Positions 1-10,907 of a stretch of 25,180 bases of DNA are shown one piece after another. The notes under the pieces were generated by a model, which was given only the letters and a program-made list of their open reading frames with translations, made no database searches and was not told the origin of the DNA. The stretch is taken from NCBI GenBank assembly GCA_024626585.2, contig JANKJI020000004.1, forward strand, positions 178,920,590 through 178,945,769, written 5' to 3'. Position 1 is the stretch's first letter; each line of letters starts with the position of its first letter. A program made the translations under genes and the position numbers. The DNA is from Ginkgo biloba (taxonomy: Eukaryota > Plantae > Ginkgophyta).

Positions 1-290
1 AATCTATGTGTAGTTAGAAGTGAAACGTTGAATAATTATAAGTGTATAATATGGAACCTCCTTAATTATTTTTAGGCTTTTGTTATTGTAAAAATATCCA
101 GGGAAGGTAACCAACTAGTTGACTCCTTAGCAATATCGATCTCCTTAGTCAAACTCAGACCCATTTCTTCTAATCAAATATTCATAATAGAAGTATTTAC
201 TTGATCCTTTATTCCTAATAATGTCAACCATTGGAAAGTGTTCGAGGATGATGATTATATTTTTAGATTCCTCTAGGATCAAGATGAGGT
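1..290 (+). mobile_element. Degenerate C-terminal part of the additional (archaeal-type) RNase H domain of a Tat-clade Ty3/Gypsy pol, located upstream of RT
   Basis: Frame +1 reads ...YKCIIWNLLNYF*AFVIVKISREGNQLVDSLAISIS...T*SFIPNNVNHWKVFEDDDYIFRFL. This fits the RNase HI C-terminal motif (I.RE.N..AD.LA) followed by the RPSIP.N..HW.VFEDD..I..FL spacer that I recall from gymnosperm Tat polyproteins. Confidence 0.75.
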
Positions 291-519
291 CTTTGGGTTA
301 TATCTATATGGATATTCAGTAGCTAATTTGTTAGAATTAGAGTCAAAGAAAGATTAGTTAGAAAGATAAGTATTAAAAGGATAACCTAGAGAAGTAATCA
401 ATTTTCTATTTTTGAATGTTGATATGTTTATAATAGATCCACAAACAAGTAGCTCTTTTATCAAAGATTATCAATTTCTCGATGAAGATAACACTGAGGA
501 AGGTTTGATGGATGTAGGA

Positions 520-841
520 GATGAGTGAATAATACAATTGAAATCAAATAAGATTCCTAAGGGGATCATCTCTTTTTAAGATCAATAATCATGATTCACC
601 AAAGTTCAAGCCCTCCAAAGTCAAATCCTCCAAGCGAGTGAATCAAAGGACAAAGTAAAGAAATATTGGGGATGAGCAAAATTTAAGGATATTTCAGATT
701 GGAGAATGTTTCTTAGAAGAAGAATAAGAATGGATAGTGGCTCTTTGTGAGTAATACCAAGATGCATTTGTTTGGGATTGCAATGGCCTAAAGGTATTCA
801 ATCTTAAGTTAATCCAACACATCATATCCTTAAAACCAAAG
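520..841 (+). mobile_element. Degenerate aRH-to-RT spacer and RT N-terminus of the same Ty3/Gypsy pol
   Basis: Frameshifted pieces read IIQLKSNKIPKGIISF and IGDEQNLRIFQIGECF...YQDAFVWDCNGLKVFNLKLIQHIISLKPK. The latter matches the typical Y.D.FAW....L.......IQH.I.L pre-RT segment of Tat/Ogre elements. Confidence 0.65.
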
Positions 842-889
842 NNNNNNNNNNNNNNNNNNNNNNNNNNNNNNNNNNNNNNNNNNNNNNAG

Positions 890-1779
890 TGGAAGGAATT
901 CTAGAAACTAAAGGAGGATGGTATTATCTTCCCTATATGTCATTCCACCGAGTTGGCCAATTTGGTGCCCGTTAAGAAAAATAATGGGGAGATAAGGTTG
1001 TGTAGTGATTTCAAAAATCTTAACAAGGAGTTTATAAAGGACAATTATGCCTTGCCTAGGATGGAGCAGTTGTTGCAAGCGATCACCAGATCAGACATGA
1101 TGTCCCTTTTAGATGGATTTTCAAGCTATAATCAAGTATTGGTAGCATATCAAGATAGATTTAAAATTTCCTTTACAACCATCTGAGGCACCTACATGTA
1201 CAAAATAATGCTTTTTGGGTTAATTAATGTTGGTGCCACTTTTTAGCGAGCCATGGACTTTTTATTTAGGGAATTGATCGAGCAGACTATAGTGGTTTAT
1301 TTGGATGATCTTACTATTTTTTCGAAAAAAAGAGAAGATCATGTTTATCACCTAAAATAAGTATTTAAAAGGTACAAGGATTGGGGAATTTCCTTGAATC
1401 CCAATAAGTCAATCCTTGGAGCGATGGAAGGCAATCTAATGGCACACATAGTCTTTAAAGAAGGAACATATATTGATCCAAATAGGATCAAATCCATCAA
1501 ATAAATCCCTCTATCATTATGTAAAATAGGAGTATGATACTTCTTTAGGAAGATTACCTTCTTGAGAAGACTTATCCCTAATTTTTTATAGGTCACTTTG
1601 CCCATTAATAAATTTCTAAGGAGGGACATGAAATTACAATGGGACAAGGAGGCCTTTAATGAAATCAAGGAATGGATTTCCAAATAACCCATCCTGGATG
1701 GACCTAAATTCAAAAAATACTTTATAATATATTCCTATTCTTTAGATGAAGCATATGCTTATATGCTTATGCAAAGATA
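890..1779 (+). mobile_element. pol: Ty3/Gypsy (Tat clade) reverse transcriptase plus start of RNase H, inactivated by stop codons
   Basis: One frame with no frameshift: LANLVPVKKNNGEIRLCSDFKNLNK...LLDGFSSYNQV...FTTI*GTYMYKIMLFGLINVGATF*RAM...VVYLDDLTIFS (YLDD at 1298-1309)...GISLNPNKS...YFIIYSYSLDEAYAYMLMQR. In-frame stops include 902, 1184, 1244, 1358 and 1502. The sequence ends at a gap. Confidence 0.95.
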
Positions 1780-2004
1780 NNNNNNNNNNNNNNNNNNNNN
1801 NNNNNNNNNNNNNNNNNNNNNNNNNNNNNNNNNNNNNNNNNNNNNNNNNNNNNNNNNNNNNNNNNNNNNNNNNNNNNNNTTGGAAGAAATGACTTCTTTG
1901 GTTGAAGGTGTTTTTGTTGATATTTAGCCATATGTACATTACTTTGATATAAAGTTGTAGCACCCATCCATCGATAAATAGTAGTTAAAATTACCCATGT
2001 AAAT

Positions 2005-3317
2005 ATGGAATTTTCCCAACTCCAAGAGAAGTGTAAAGCCACATAAGATCAACTACACCAAAGAGAAGATATTATAGAAGAGTTGCATACGAAGATCTTG
2101 CAAAAGGACCGGGAGATCTCAAATTATCTAACCGAGATCGAACATTGGAAAGCAATCCCGATTAATCTCTTGAATTCAACAAAAGGGCGATTAATTCAAT
2201 GGACACAACAAATTTCAGAATTAAAAGAATGGATGGAACATAACATCACGAACAATGCCGAAATAGAACAATCTCTCAATCCTAAGGTGGCAGAATTGGC
2301 GACGTTGCATAAGCAACTAGCCTTGAAGATGGCCATATTAGAAGAAGGGTAATAGGAACTCCCCAGAATTGTAGATGTAAATTTACGAGCAAGTCAGGAA
2401 TCAATATTGTGCCAGCAAAATGAAGAAATGGTCTCTTTTGAATCCCATGTTCTTGTCTGAAGAGAAAGGGTGTTCAGAGAAAGAATGAGATTAATTCAAT
2501 TGATCCACTAAGTTAAGAACACAATAAGAAAAGATGGGACTTCTCTCTTTGACACTTTGTAATTAACTAGATCCAAAGCTCAAGAGGTGGAGCAATTATT
2601 CTAAGAAACTAACTCTCTAGTTATCTTGACATAGGAGATGATTCAAATCAAATCCAGACTGGATCATATACTAAGGAATAAGATCGAAGTTGGGTGGCCC
2701 TCTATATTGTAAATAGACCTAACTAGAGAAATGTTTAAGACTACAAAAACTCGCGAGCTACAAAGTTCCCCAAAAATTGTAATGGGTCCCTTAAAAAGTT
2801 AAGGACCTAACTCATTTAGGGAGATAGTTGTAATTCAGGACAGGTAAAGATCATTAAAAGTCCAATGTAAAAGAAGATCCCTGGGTCACCCAGGGAAGAA
2901 GCAATACCAAGATCTCCCAAGGAGACATAGTCCCTTCCATCCCTCTCTCAAATTGAAGAGAAACTCACCCTCACTAGTCTTAAGTAGGTCGAATAACTTT
3001 GAGAATTTGTCAAACCTATGATGAACCAAGTAGAAGTTTTTGCAAGGAACCTATATGAAGACCTTAGAGAATAAAATGTGGTCCCTCTTTCTACCTTACT
3101 TAGTCATGTGCCAACCCAATATACTGAGCCTCCAAGGACCTCATTTGTACCTTATGAGACATCATATAGTGACACTAAAAATAATGAGCAATGGAAATTT
3201 TCCCCCTTAACTATTTTTATGGATACTACTACATCCTTATCCATTCCAAAAGATAATAGTACTAAGAGGAAAGTTATTCCTTACTTTAGAGAGCCTTCAA
3301 GGACAAGGTCTAAATAA
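2005..3317 (+). pseudogene. Degenerate long coiled-coil ORF, probably an accessory ORF of a Tat/Athila-type retrotransposon
   Basis: ATG at 2005 (MEFSQLQEKCKAT*DQLHQREDIIEELHTKILQKDREI...). The E/Q/L/K-rich heptad-like text continues through isolated stops in the frame of ORF 2083-2352 to about 2850. It then shifts to the frame of ORF 3078-3317 and is followed by an AT-rich 3'UTR-like tract. No recognised domain. Confidence 0.5.
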
Positions 3318-5139
3318 TAGAAAAAAATAATTGATGTAATCAATTTAAATTTTTACTTATGTATGACTATTGATTGTAGAAGTTTTCACATGTTAATTAT
3401 GAGTCTACCATGTTACATGAATCTTGTATACGACCTCTCTATTAATGAAAATAAAATTTTTGTTTGAAATGAATGTGATGTGAAGTATTGATTCTCTAGT
3501 TTATCCGTGATGAATGTACAATCGCATTTATTTTATCTTGTAGTGTTTTTCCCTCTATTTGGTGTAGTTTTGATGTAGGTTAATAAGATTGCAATGAATC
3601 AAGAGAGTCACATCTCATAACTTTTTGTTAGTATATGTTTTTACTCTCTCTCCCTCCTCCTCCTTTCTAAATTCTTTGTTAATTATTCATTCTTCTTTCC
3701 AAATTATGTTATGTGATGCATCCTTTAGCCTTGTTCACTTGTGTATGTAATTGTGAATAATTTTACAATTGCATGTATTCTTTCTTTTGTTTATCTAAAA
3801 TAAGGGAACTTACCCTATAAGATATAAAGCACTTACTCCTAGATATTACAATGAGTTAGTTCNNNNNNNNNNNNNNNNNNNNNNNNNNNNNNNNNNNNNN
3901 NNNNNNNNNNNNNNNNNNNNNNNNNNNNNNNNNNNNNNNNNNNNNNNNNNNNNNNNNNNNNNNNNNNNNNNNNNNNNNNNNNNNNNNNNNNNNNNNNNNN
4001 NNNNNNNNNNNNNNNNNNNNNNNNNNNNNNNNNNNNNNNNNNNNNNNNNNNNNNNNNNNNNNNNNNNNNNNNNNNNNNNNNNNNNNNNNNNNNNNNNNNN
4101 NNNNNNNNNNNNNNNNNNNNNNNNNNNNNNNNNNNNNNNNNNNNNNNNNNNNNNNNNNNNNNNNNNNNNNNNNNNNNNNNNNNNNNNNNNNNNNNNNNNN
4201 NNNNNNNNNNNNNNNNNNNNNNNNNNNNNNNNNNNNNNNNNNNNNNNNNNNNNNNNNNNNNNNNNNNNNNNNNNNNNNNNNNNNNNNNNNNNNNNNNNNN
4301 NNNNNNNNNNNNNNNNNNNNNNNNNNNNNNNNNNNNNNNNNNNNNNNNNNNNNNNNNNNNNNNNNNNNNNNNNNNNNNNNNNNNNNNNNNNNNNNNNNNN
4401 NNNNNNNNNNNNNNNNNNNNNNNNNNNNNNNNNNNNNNNNNNNNNNNNNNNNNNNNNNNNNNNNNNNNNNNNNNNNNNNNNNNNNNNNNNNNNNNNNNNN
4501 NNNNNNNNNNNNNNNNNNNNNNNNNNNNNNNNNNNNNNNNNNNNNNNNNNNNNNNNNNNNNNNNNNNNNNNNNNNNNNNNNNNNNNNNNNNNNNNNNNNN
4601 NNNNNNNNNNNNNNNNNNNNNNNNNNNNNNNNNNNNNNNNNNNNNNNNNNNNNNNNNNNNNNGACACTTAAATATTATTGATGTATAGTGCTTGACTAAT
4701 GATAAAGAATGAAAGCATGACACATTAGGGTAATAAAGAACAGGGTTAGTGGAATGGGAAAGAAAGAATAATAGAAATATATATTTGAGAGGAAGCAAAT
4801 GGTTTGAGTAGATTAGGTGCATGATTGTGTATGCACATTAGGTGAGAATCAAAGAAAATGATCTATCATTTAGGTTGAAAAATGCTTTAGCAATATTTTT
4901 GAAATAACATGGGATCACAAACATGTTTTAAGTGACTAAACAAAAATAAAGATGCTCAGTTAGCAGTAAATCTTGCTAGATGTTGTACGAAATTTACGAT
5001 AAGTCATTTCAGTTTCTTTATATACAATGTAGGATGTACGTACAAATGGATTTAATTGCCTCACAAAAACCGACTACAAAGTGTCTTCAAATATCTACTT
5101 GTTTTGTCAACCATGAATGTGGAACATAAAATGATTAGA

Positions 5140-5749
5140 ACAAGAAACACTAATAGATAAAGAGGAATTTGGAATAGGGAAAAGTGATGGGGGCGACCGG
5201 TCTAATGAAAGAAGTGTAGGGAGATACAAAGGAAAATGTAGAGGTGTTTTGCAAGTTGTGTGGAGAAAATTGGCCAGGGATTTGGGCACCCAGTAGAAAA
5301 TAAAAGGGATAATTTTGAGAAAGGTTTTAGCACAAGGAAGATGCATAGATGCATTTGAAGAATGGCAAAGAGGAGATCAAAGGAATAGTGTTCTAGTGTG
5401 CAGGGAATAAGGCCTATTGGGAGAAGAAAGCAATTGTATTGGGAAAGAAATAGAAGCAAAGGAAAAAAGATAGGTCTATAGGACCATTTTAGGGAGCTAA
5501 AGAAGTGGGTGAAGGAATTTGGAAGCCATTTCAGAGAAACATAGAGGGAGAAATGCCAATTGAAGAGGAGTACCAATTGGAGGATTACCCATTGGGAGGT
5601 ACTAGCTGCGAACAAGAAAGGAGAACCTCAATTGATAAGTTCATTAAGAGGGGATATTATTTACGTATTTAGTTTTATCTTTGTGAATGAACCCCGATGG
5701 GGGATTAAGTAATTGAGGAACAAATTTTAGCATGTAATAAAAAGAAAAT
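5140..5749 (+). repeat. Purine-rich LTR-like repeat, copy 1
   Basis: Aligns by eye with 7040-7505. For example, gataggtctataggaccattttagggagctaaagaagtgggtgaaggaattt versus gataggtctatgggaccattttagggagccaaagaagtgggtgaaggaattt is 50/52. Identity is roughly 80% elsewhere. Confidence 0.85.
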
Positions 5750-6065
5750 TGTTGGACGGGTATTCGATGAAGGTCGACCAACTCTGACACCGATGAGGTC
5801 TTCACCAACGCGGTCTTCACCGACAAAGTATTCACAGATGGGGTCTTCACCGACACCGACAGACTTGGACCCACTGACGAGAGGAGTGAAGATAGACTTC
5901 GACGATAGCAAGGATCACCAATGGGTCCCAACAGTCGATAGATACACCCTCACTGACACCATCGAATATGTTGTAACTTTCATGGCAGTTACATAATCGT
6001 CTGCCCATTGTATATAGTTGTAGCATAAGCTTAGAGTAGTAGACAGAATGTAATGGTAGAATGCT
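5750..6065 (+). mobile_element. Start of a younger, CpG-rich LTR-like insertion beginning TGTTGG
   Basis: Homology to repeat copy 2 stops exactly where TGTTGGACGGG begins (5750). CpG density rises sharply from there. TG/TGTTG is the canonical LTR 5' terminus. The other end is lost in the gap starting at 6066. Confidence 0.6.
5797..5856 (+). repeat. 15-bp-period tandem array, four units, core GGTCTTCACC
   Basis: GGTCTTCACC occurs at 5797, 5812 and 5842, with a degenerate AGTATTCACA at 5827. Confidence 0.85.
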
Positions 6066-7039
6066 NNNNNNNNNNNNNNNNNNNNNNNNNNNNNNNNNNN
6101 NNNNNNNNNNNNNNNNNNNNNNNNNNNNNNNNNNNNNNNNNNNNNNNNNNNNNNNNNNNNNNNNNGGTTCACAACAAATCACTTTCATAATGTACATGGG
6201 GGTCATTCCCTCATTCTCCTACCAAGTAGGTACATTAGATGTAGCAATTTTAGAGTGTTGGCAATGAATATTTTGGGAAAATGGTTCAAGTTTGGCTTGA
6301 TTTTGGACGAGAAGACAATAGGGTTAAAGAAAATGACCTAAATAAACTTTTAATACGTGCGAAAAATTGGAGAAAAGAAGCCACCATTGGAAAGAGTGTN
6401 NNNNNNNNNNNNNNNNNNNNNNNNNNNNNNNNNATCAATTAGACCTTAGGAAGGCTAGTGAATAGGAATAAGAAGTTAGACAAATGACCATAGGTCAATA
6501 GATGAACAACCATAGGCCATTACATGAATGAGTAATGGGTCATTAGATGATCAAACAAAGGAATAGAGGGTGGCAAATGGAATACATTATTTATCTAAAA
6601 TTTTAAATGAATTCCATACATCATTCATCATGGGACAAACAAGTTGATGAATGATGTGAAGGAGGGCCACGATAAAGAATTTTGATAGGAATTTAATAAA
6701 ATTGAAGGTGAACGGGTCAATCCAAAGGAATTAATGCATTGACAATCTTGTAATAAAGTTATTAAAGGCTCTAATAGTTAGAATTTTTTATTTTGATGCA
6801 ATAGGTGAGGATTTTTGGAGGGTACGATTGAGTGGCTTAGTGCGGAAGGAAAAAGAGATGTAGGACAATAAATTTCAGCTAAGGAGTAACACGATCAAGG
6901 AAGATGTAATTATGGTGCATATTATATAGGGGACTAAGAGGAAGATAGTTAATCATAAAGTGCATATAAAGGATGTTAACAATAAGGGATAGAGAGAAAA
7001 CTAGAATGATAAAAGAGAACAAGCACAGTAGGGCACATA

Positions 7040-7505
7040 GGAAATGCTGATAGGCAAAGAGGAATATGAAAGAAGGAAGAGTGATGGGGGAAATAGGTTT
7101 AGATGAAGAAGTGAAAGTAGGTTCAAAGGAAAATGTGGATTTATTTTGTAGGTTGTGTGAAGAAAATAATTTAGGGGTTTGGGCACCTAGCAAAAGATAG
7201 AAAGGAAGCAGAGGGAAAAAGGATAGGTCTATGGGACCATTTTAGGGAGCCAAAGAAGTGGGTGAAGGAATTTTATAACCATTTGGGAGAAATAGAGAGG
7301 GAGAAAGAACCAATTGAAGAGGAGTACTAGTTGGAGGATTATTGATTGGGAGGTATCAACTATGAATAACAAAGGAGAACCTTAGTTGATTGAGTTCGTT
7401 GAGAGGGGATATTCTTTATGTATTTGATTTTATCTTTATGAATGAACCCCAGTGGGGGATTATGTAATTGAATAATGAATTTTAGAATGTAATAAAAATT
7501 AAATA
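7040..7505 (+). repeat. Purine-rich LTR-like repeat, copy 2
   Basis: Direct-orientation homolog of 5140-5749. It lacks the segment corresponding to about 5310-5450. Confidence 0.85.
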
Positions 7506-8894
7506 GTTTCTATGAATAACATTATATTGCTTGCCTTTTGTCATGTTCCTTTCAAATTATTGTAAATTTACATTCATTGTGCAAGTGTGAGGTGTTGGGG
7601 AACAACCTCATTCTTAGGAGGGTTTGCATAAGTTTTGTATCTTTTATAATGTTTTCTTGTCCTATTTATTTTTAGGTTAGTTTATCCATACTTGGCATTT
7701 TGTTCCTACATATCATGGTTAGTCCATAAAAAGGTATGTGTTGACCCCTTAAAATGGNNNNNNNNNNNNNNNNNNNNNNNNNNNNNNNNNNNNNNNNNNN
7801 NNNNNNNNNNNNNNNNNNNNNNNNNNNNNNNNNNNNNNNNNNNNNNNNNNNNNNNNNGTATTGTGATTTTCCTATGAAGTGGCTACATTTTTTCTTAGCA
7901 TTGTATATTTTTCTAATTTCAGTCCATGGTTTCTCTTTTTTAGGATTTCATGCTTTTTTTGTGAGATTGATACCCATGATTGTTATTGTTATATTTAGAC
8001 TTATTTTTTTATGTCATTTTTCTAGGTTTTTTATACCAGGTTGGTCTCTTATTTTTAATTTTGGTTTTTCTTTCTTTTCTGTTTTAATTTTTTTTCTTTT
8101 TCCTTTTTAGTTATTTTATACATATTTTCTTTTCTAATAGAATTTCTATCATATAAAAATTTCCCACAAGTATTTCTATCCAAATTAGAAATATTTTTTT
8201 ATATTATTTTTTACATATGGGTTATCTATGTACAATTTTATTTATATTTTCCATTCTCTTTTTAGCTGGGTAATTGTTATCTTTATTTCCTTTTAGTGAT
8301 TATTTTAGTTATTTTAAATTTTAATTGTGTAAATTTCTCTAAGAAACACTTTATGTGCACTTGAGGTGATTGGGTTGGGATTCTATCTCCCATTACCACT
8401 CAAATATTATGAATTATCAAATTGGTAACTAATGACCAGTGATTAGAACTAGTCAATCTTCCTATGCATCATAGAGTGGTTGTTAAATACCAATAAACTA
8501 ATGTAATCTTGCAATAGCAACTCCTCAATCTATTATTTTCGCACCACTATAGAGAAGGTGGTCACTACATAACCTATAAAGATGGAATAGAGTGAGTTAT
8601 TAAAAATTAAGAATATCCAACTTCACTAATAAACGGTATTATAGGGATATGGGACTAGCACATTCAAAAAGTATAATGGCACTAATGAAGGGATCCGTAG
8701 CATTAAATATTTTTCATAGAAATATGTCTTCAAAATTAAGAAAGACAAATAAGAAATACACGGTATTTTTCTTAGGCTTAAGGATGAGAATTTCAACTTC
8801 AAAACCTCATCAACAATTAGAGATGTAAGAAATAACATTTTAGAAAGAATGGCTAGGGATTCTACCAATGATGGAATCCTTGTAAGCCATCATA

Positions 8895-9032
8895 TATTAT
8901 ATAATTTTGGAGAGAAAGAAAATGTATCCCAAAGACAAATCATTAACTAGGAGGAAGAAGTTTTATTAGATATTTTGGGGGAGAAAGAAAAATCTTCTAA
9001 AAGATAAATCATTTATTGGATGGAACAAGTTT
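8895..9032 (+). repeat. Diverged 69-bp tandem duplication (two copies, plus a possible partial third)
   Basis: tattatataattttggagagaaagaaaatgtatcccaaagacaaatcatt at 8895 versus tattagatattttgggggagaaagaaaaatcttctaaaagataaatcatt at 8964. Confidence 0.75.
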
Positions 9033-10098
9033 GTATAGATATGGTGTTGAGTTTATATTTTCTCTTATAAAACTATCCATATTTTCTTGGAATGATATAG
9101 AGATATCTATACTCTAGAGAATATAAATTTTGAATACAATAGTGATGTCATTAATTAGAGTCCCAATTTTTTTATCCCTCCNNNNNNNNNNNNNNNNNNN
9201 NNNNNNNNNNNNNNNNNNNNNNNNNNTGAGATTGATTTAAAGTTCAAGTAATTTTGTGGCCACTAATAATGAAAATAGTTCAAGTGGAGCTATCCTAGAC
9301 TATCTAAGTTGTATCAAGCCTAACATAGTACAATAAGGTTGGGATCCAGTAACTTTATATTATGGGTGATATATTACCTCAATTAGGGAAAACTTAGGGT
9401 GGCAAGAATATATGGTCCAAATGATGTAAAAAATAGAATTAAGTTATAATAATGGATGTTGTTTCCCAAAATAATATTTATTGTTAAATGGTTAATTGTT
9501 TTAAGACTATGATTAATTATGTTACTTTTGTAAGAGACATGTTATAGGACCATATTTTCTAAGGGTTACTACAATAGCATGTAATCTAGGATTAAGTCTA
9601 AGGAAGCCCATTTTGAGTATATAAGGGAAACCAAGCATAATTTATAATATATAATTTGAATTTAATCCTAATGTTATTTTGAGATTCATCTCCCTTTAGG
9701 TATTTTGGACTCGGGTGAGTCTCTTTATGATCTCTTGGCCTTAGGTGGACCGCATTATGATTTTTCCATTCAATATTGAGATCTATTTTATTTATGTCTT
9801 GGATATTAGTTAAATTATATATAAATTTCATGAATTATATTGTATCTCTGTGTTATATATCATTTTCAGTGATATTTTGGTAGTGAAACATATTTAGGTT
9901 GCTACAATTGCTATCATAGCATAGTTATATGTTATTAATGAGGTATGTGATGTGCCATCGTTCCTTTGGAGGGCTAGCACATGATCCCATGGATATGGNN
10001 NNNNNNNNNNNNNNNNNNNNNNNNNNNNNNNNNNNNNNNNNNNNNNNNNNNNNNNNNNNNNNNNNNNNNNNNNNNNNNNNNNNNNNNNNNNNNNNNNN

Positions 10099-10848
10099 AG
10101 AATCAATATACTAGGAATCAACCTCAAGTAATCTCGAAGCCATCAATAGCCTCGATCCTTTATCATCTTCTTCAACTGTTGGAGCTTTTGAATAGTGACC
10201 TTGTTGCTTGCCCTTTTGCTTCTATGACTGTGATTCCTTCTACGGCTATTGCCTTTGTTGCTTTTGCAGTAATCTACAGTCCTTCCTCAGATGCCCTGTC
10301 TTTCCACAGTGCCAACACTTAGGCTTATATTGTCCCTTCGAACTCTCCTGCTGAACATTACGTTCAGGCGGGATATTCCTCTTCTTAGGGACCAAGGGCT
10401 ACTTCCCCTTCATTTTGGTTGTGAACACACTAGATGTCTCCTCATTGTGATCTTGCAGCATTTGCTCCTATTGAAACAAAAGTCCTTCCAACTCACTGAA
10501 CTTCAGAGTTGTCAATCTTCCAACAACGGTCAAGCTCGTTATGAAGCTCTCATAGCTTGCAAGCAGACTCCTCAACTCGGAAGTGATTAACGTGGCATCT
10601 TCAACCTTCTGTCCAATCGTGCTCAACTGGTCTTGGACACCTTTGACTTGTTGTAGATGTTCCATCATTGATCCACGGAGTTTGATATTGTACAACTGAC
10701 TCCTCAATGTCAATACTCTGGCATCATTTTTGTGTTCAAACAAGGAGGTGATAACAGTCCATGCCTCCTTTGGTGTCTTGGCATCCTTGATATTCAGAAT
10801 CAAGTTGCCACCAACAGACAATTTGATAAATCCTAAAGTTATTTTGCT
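10099..10848 (-). mobile_element. gag: Ty1/Copia gag (UBN2/Retrotran_gag_2-like), zinc knuckle and start of protease; 5'-truncated and inactivated
   Basis: One frame reads SKITLGFIKLSVGGNLILNIKDAKTPKEAWTVITSLFE...LRSQLYNIKL...SLLASYESFITSL...LEGLLFQ*E. The CCHC knuckle CWHCGKTGHLRKDC lies at 10317-10276. The frame ends S*YIDS (the W-Y-I-D-S-G protease motif) at the gap. Six in-frame TAG stops, no frameshift. Confidence 0.93.
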
Positions 10849-10907
10849 AGTATTGCCAGTATTGCCCTCTCATAGTACTCTTCTGCTTTCCTCGGGTCAT
10901 GTTGAAC
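10839..10907 (-). pseudogene. Exon 2 (truncated) of plant TPR-like gene: VQHDPRKAEEYYERAILA then ILAK*
   Basis: Follows the AG acceptor at 10909-10908, in phase 0 with exon 1. It completes the TPR motif NYALFLHE|VQHDPRKAEEYYERAILA. A premature TAA at 10841-10839 comes just after the junction with gag sequence. Confidence 0.85.

Noticed and set aside
3533-3545. Reverse complement CACTACAAGATAA, 12/13 match to the En/Spm CACTA terminal repeat
   Set aside because: No partner TIR, subterminal repeats or transposase. It sits in an AT-rich tract behind a retroelement ORF and is likely chance.
3839-4822. Long ORFs in the track that span N-runs (also 7754-8110, 9981-10322, 14500-14760, 22637-22936 and others)
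   Set aside because: Artefacts of translating assembly gaps.
5793-5996. ORF with SSPT repeats
   Set aside because: Explained by the 15-bp minisatellite in the LTR-like insertion.
5107-7193. Hydrophobic F/L/S-rich minus-strand ORFs (5107-5346, 5202-5615, 6879-7193; similarly 16973-17222)
   Set aside because: By-products of purine-rich plus-strand repeats, with no family motifs. Not membrane proteins.
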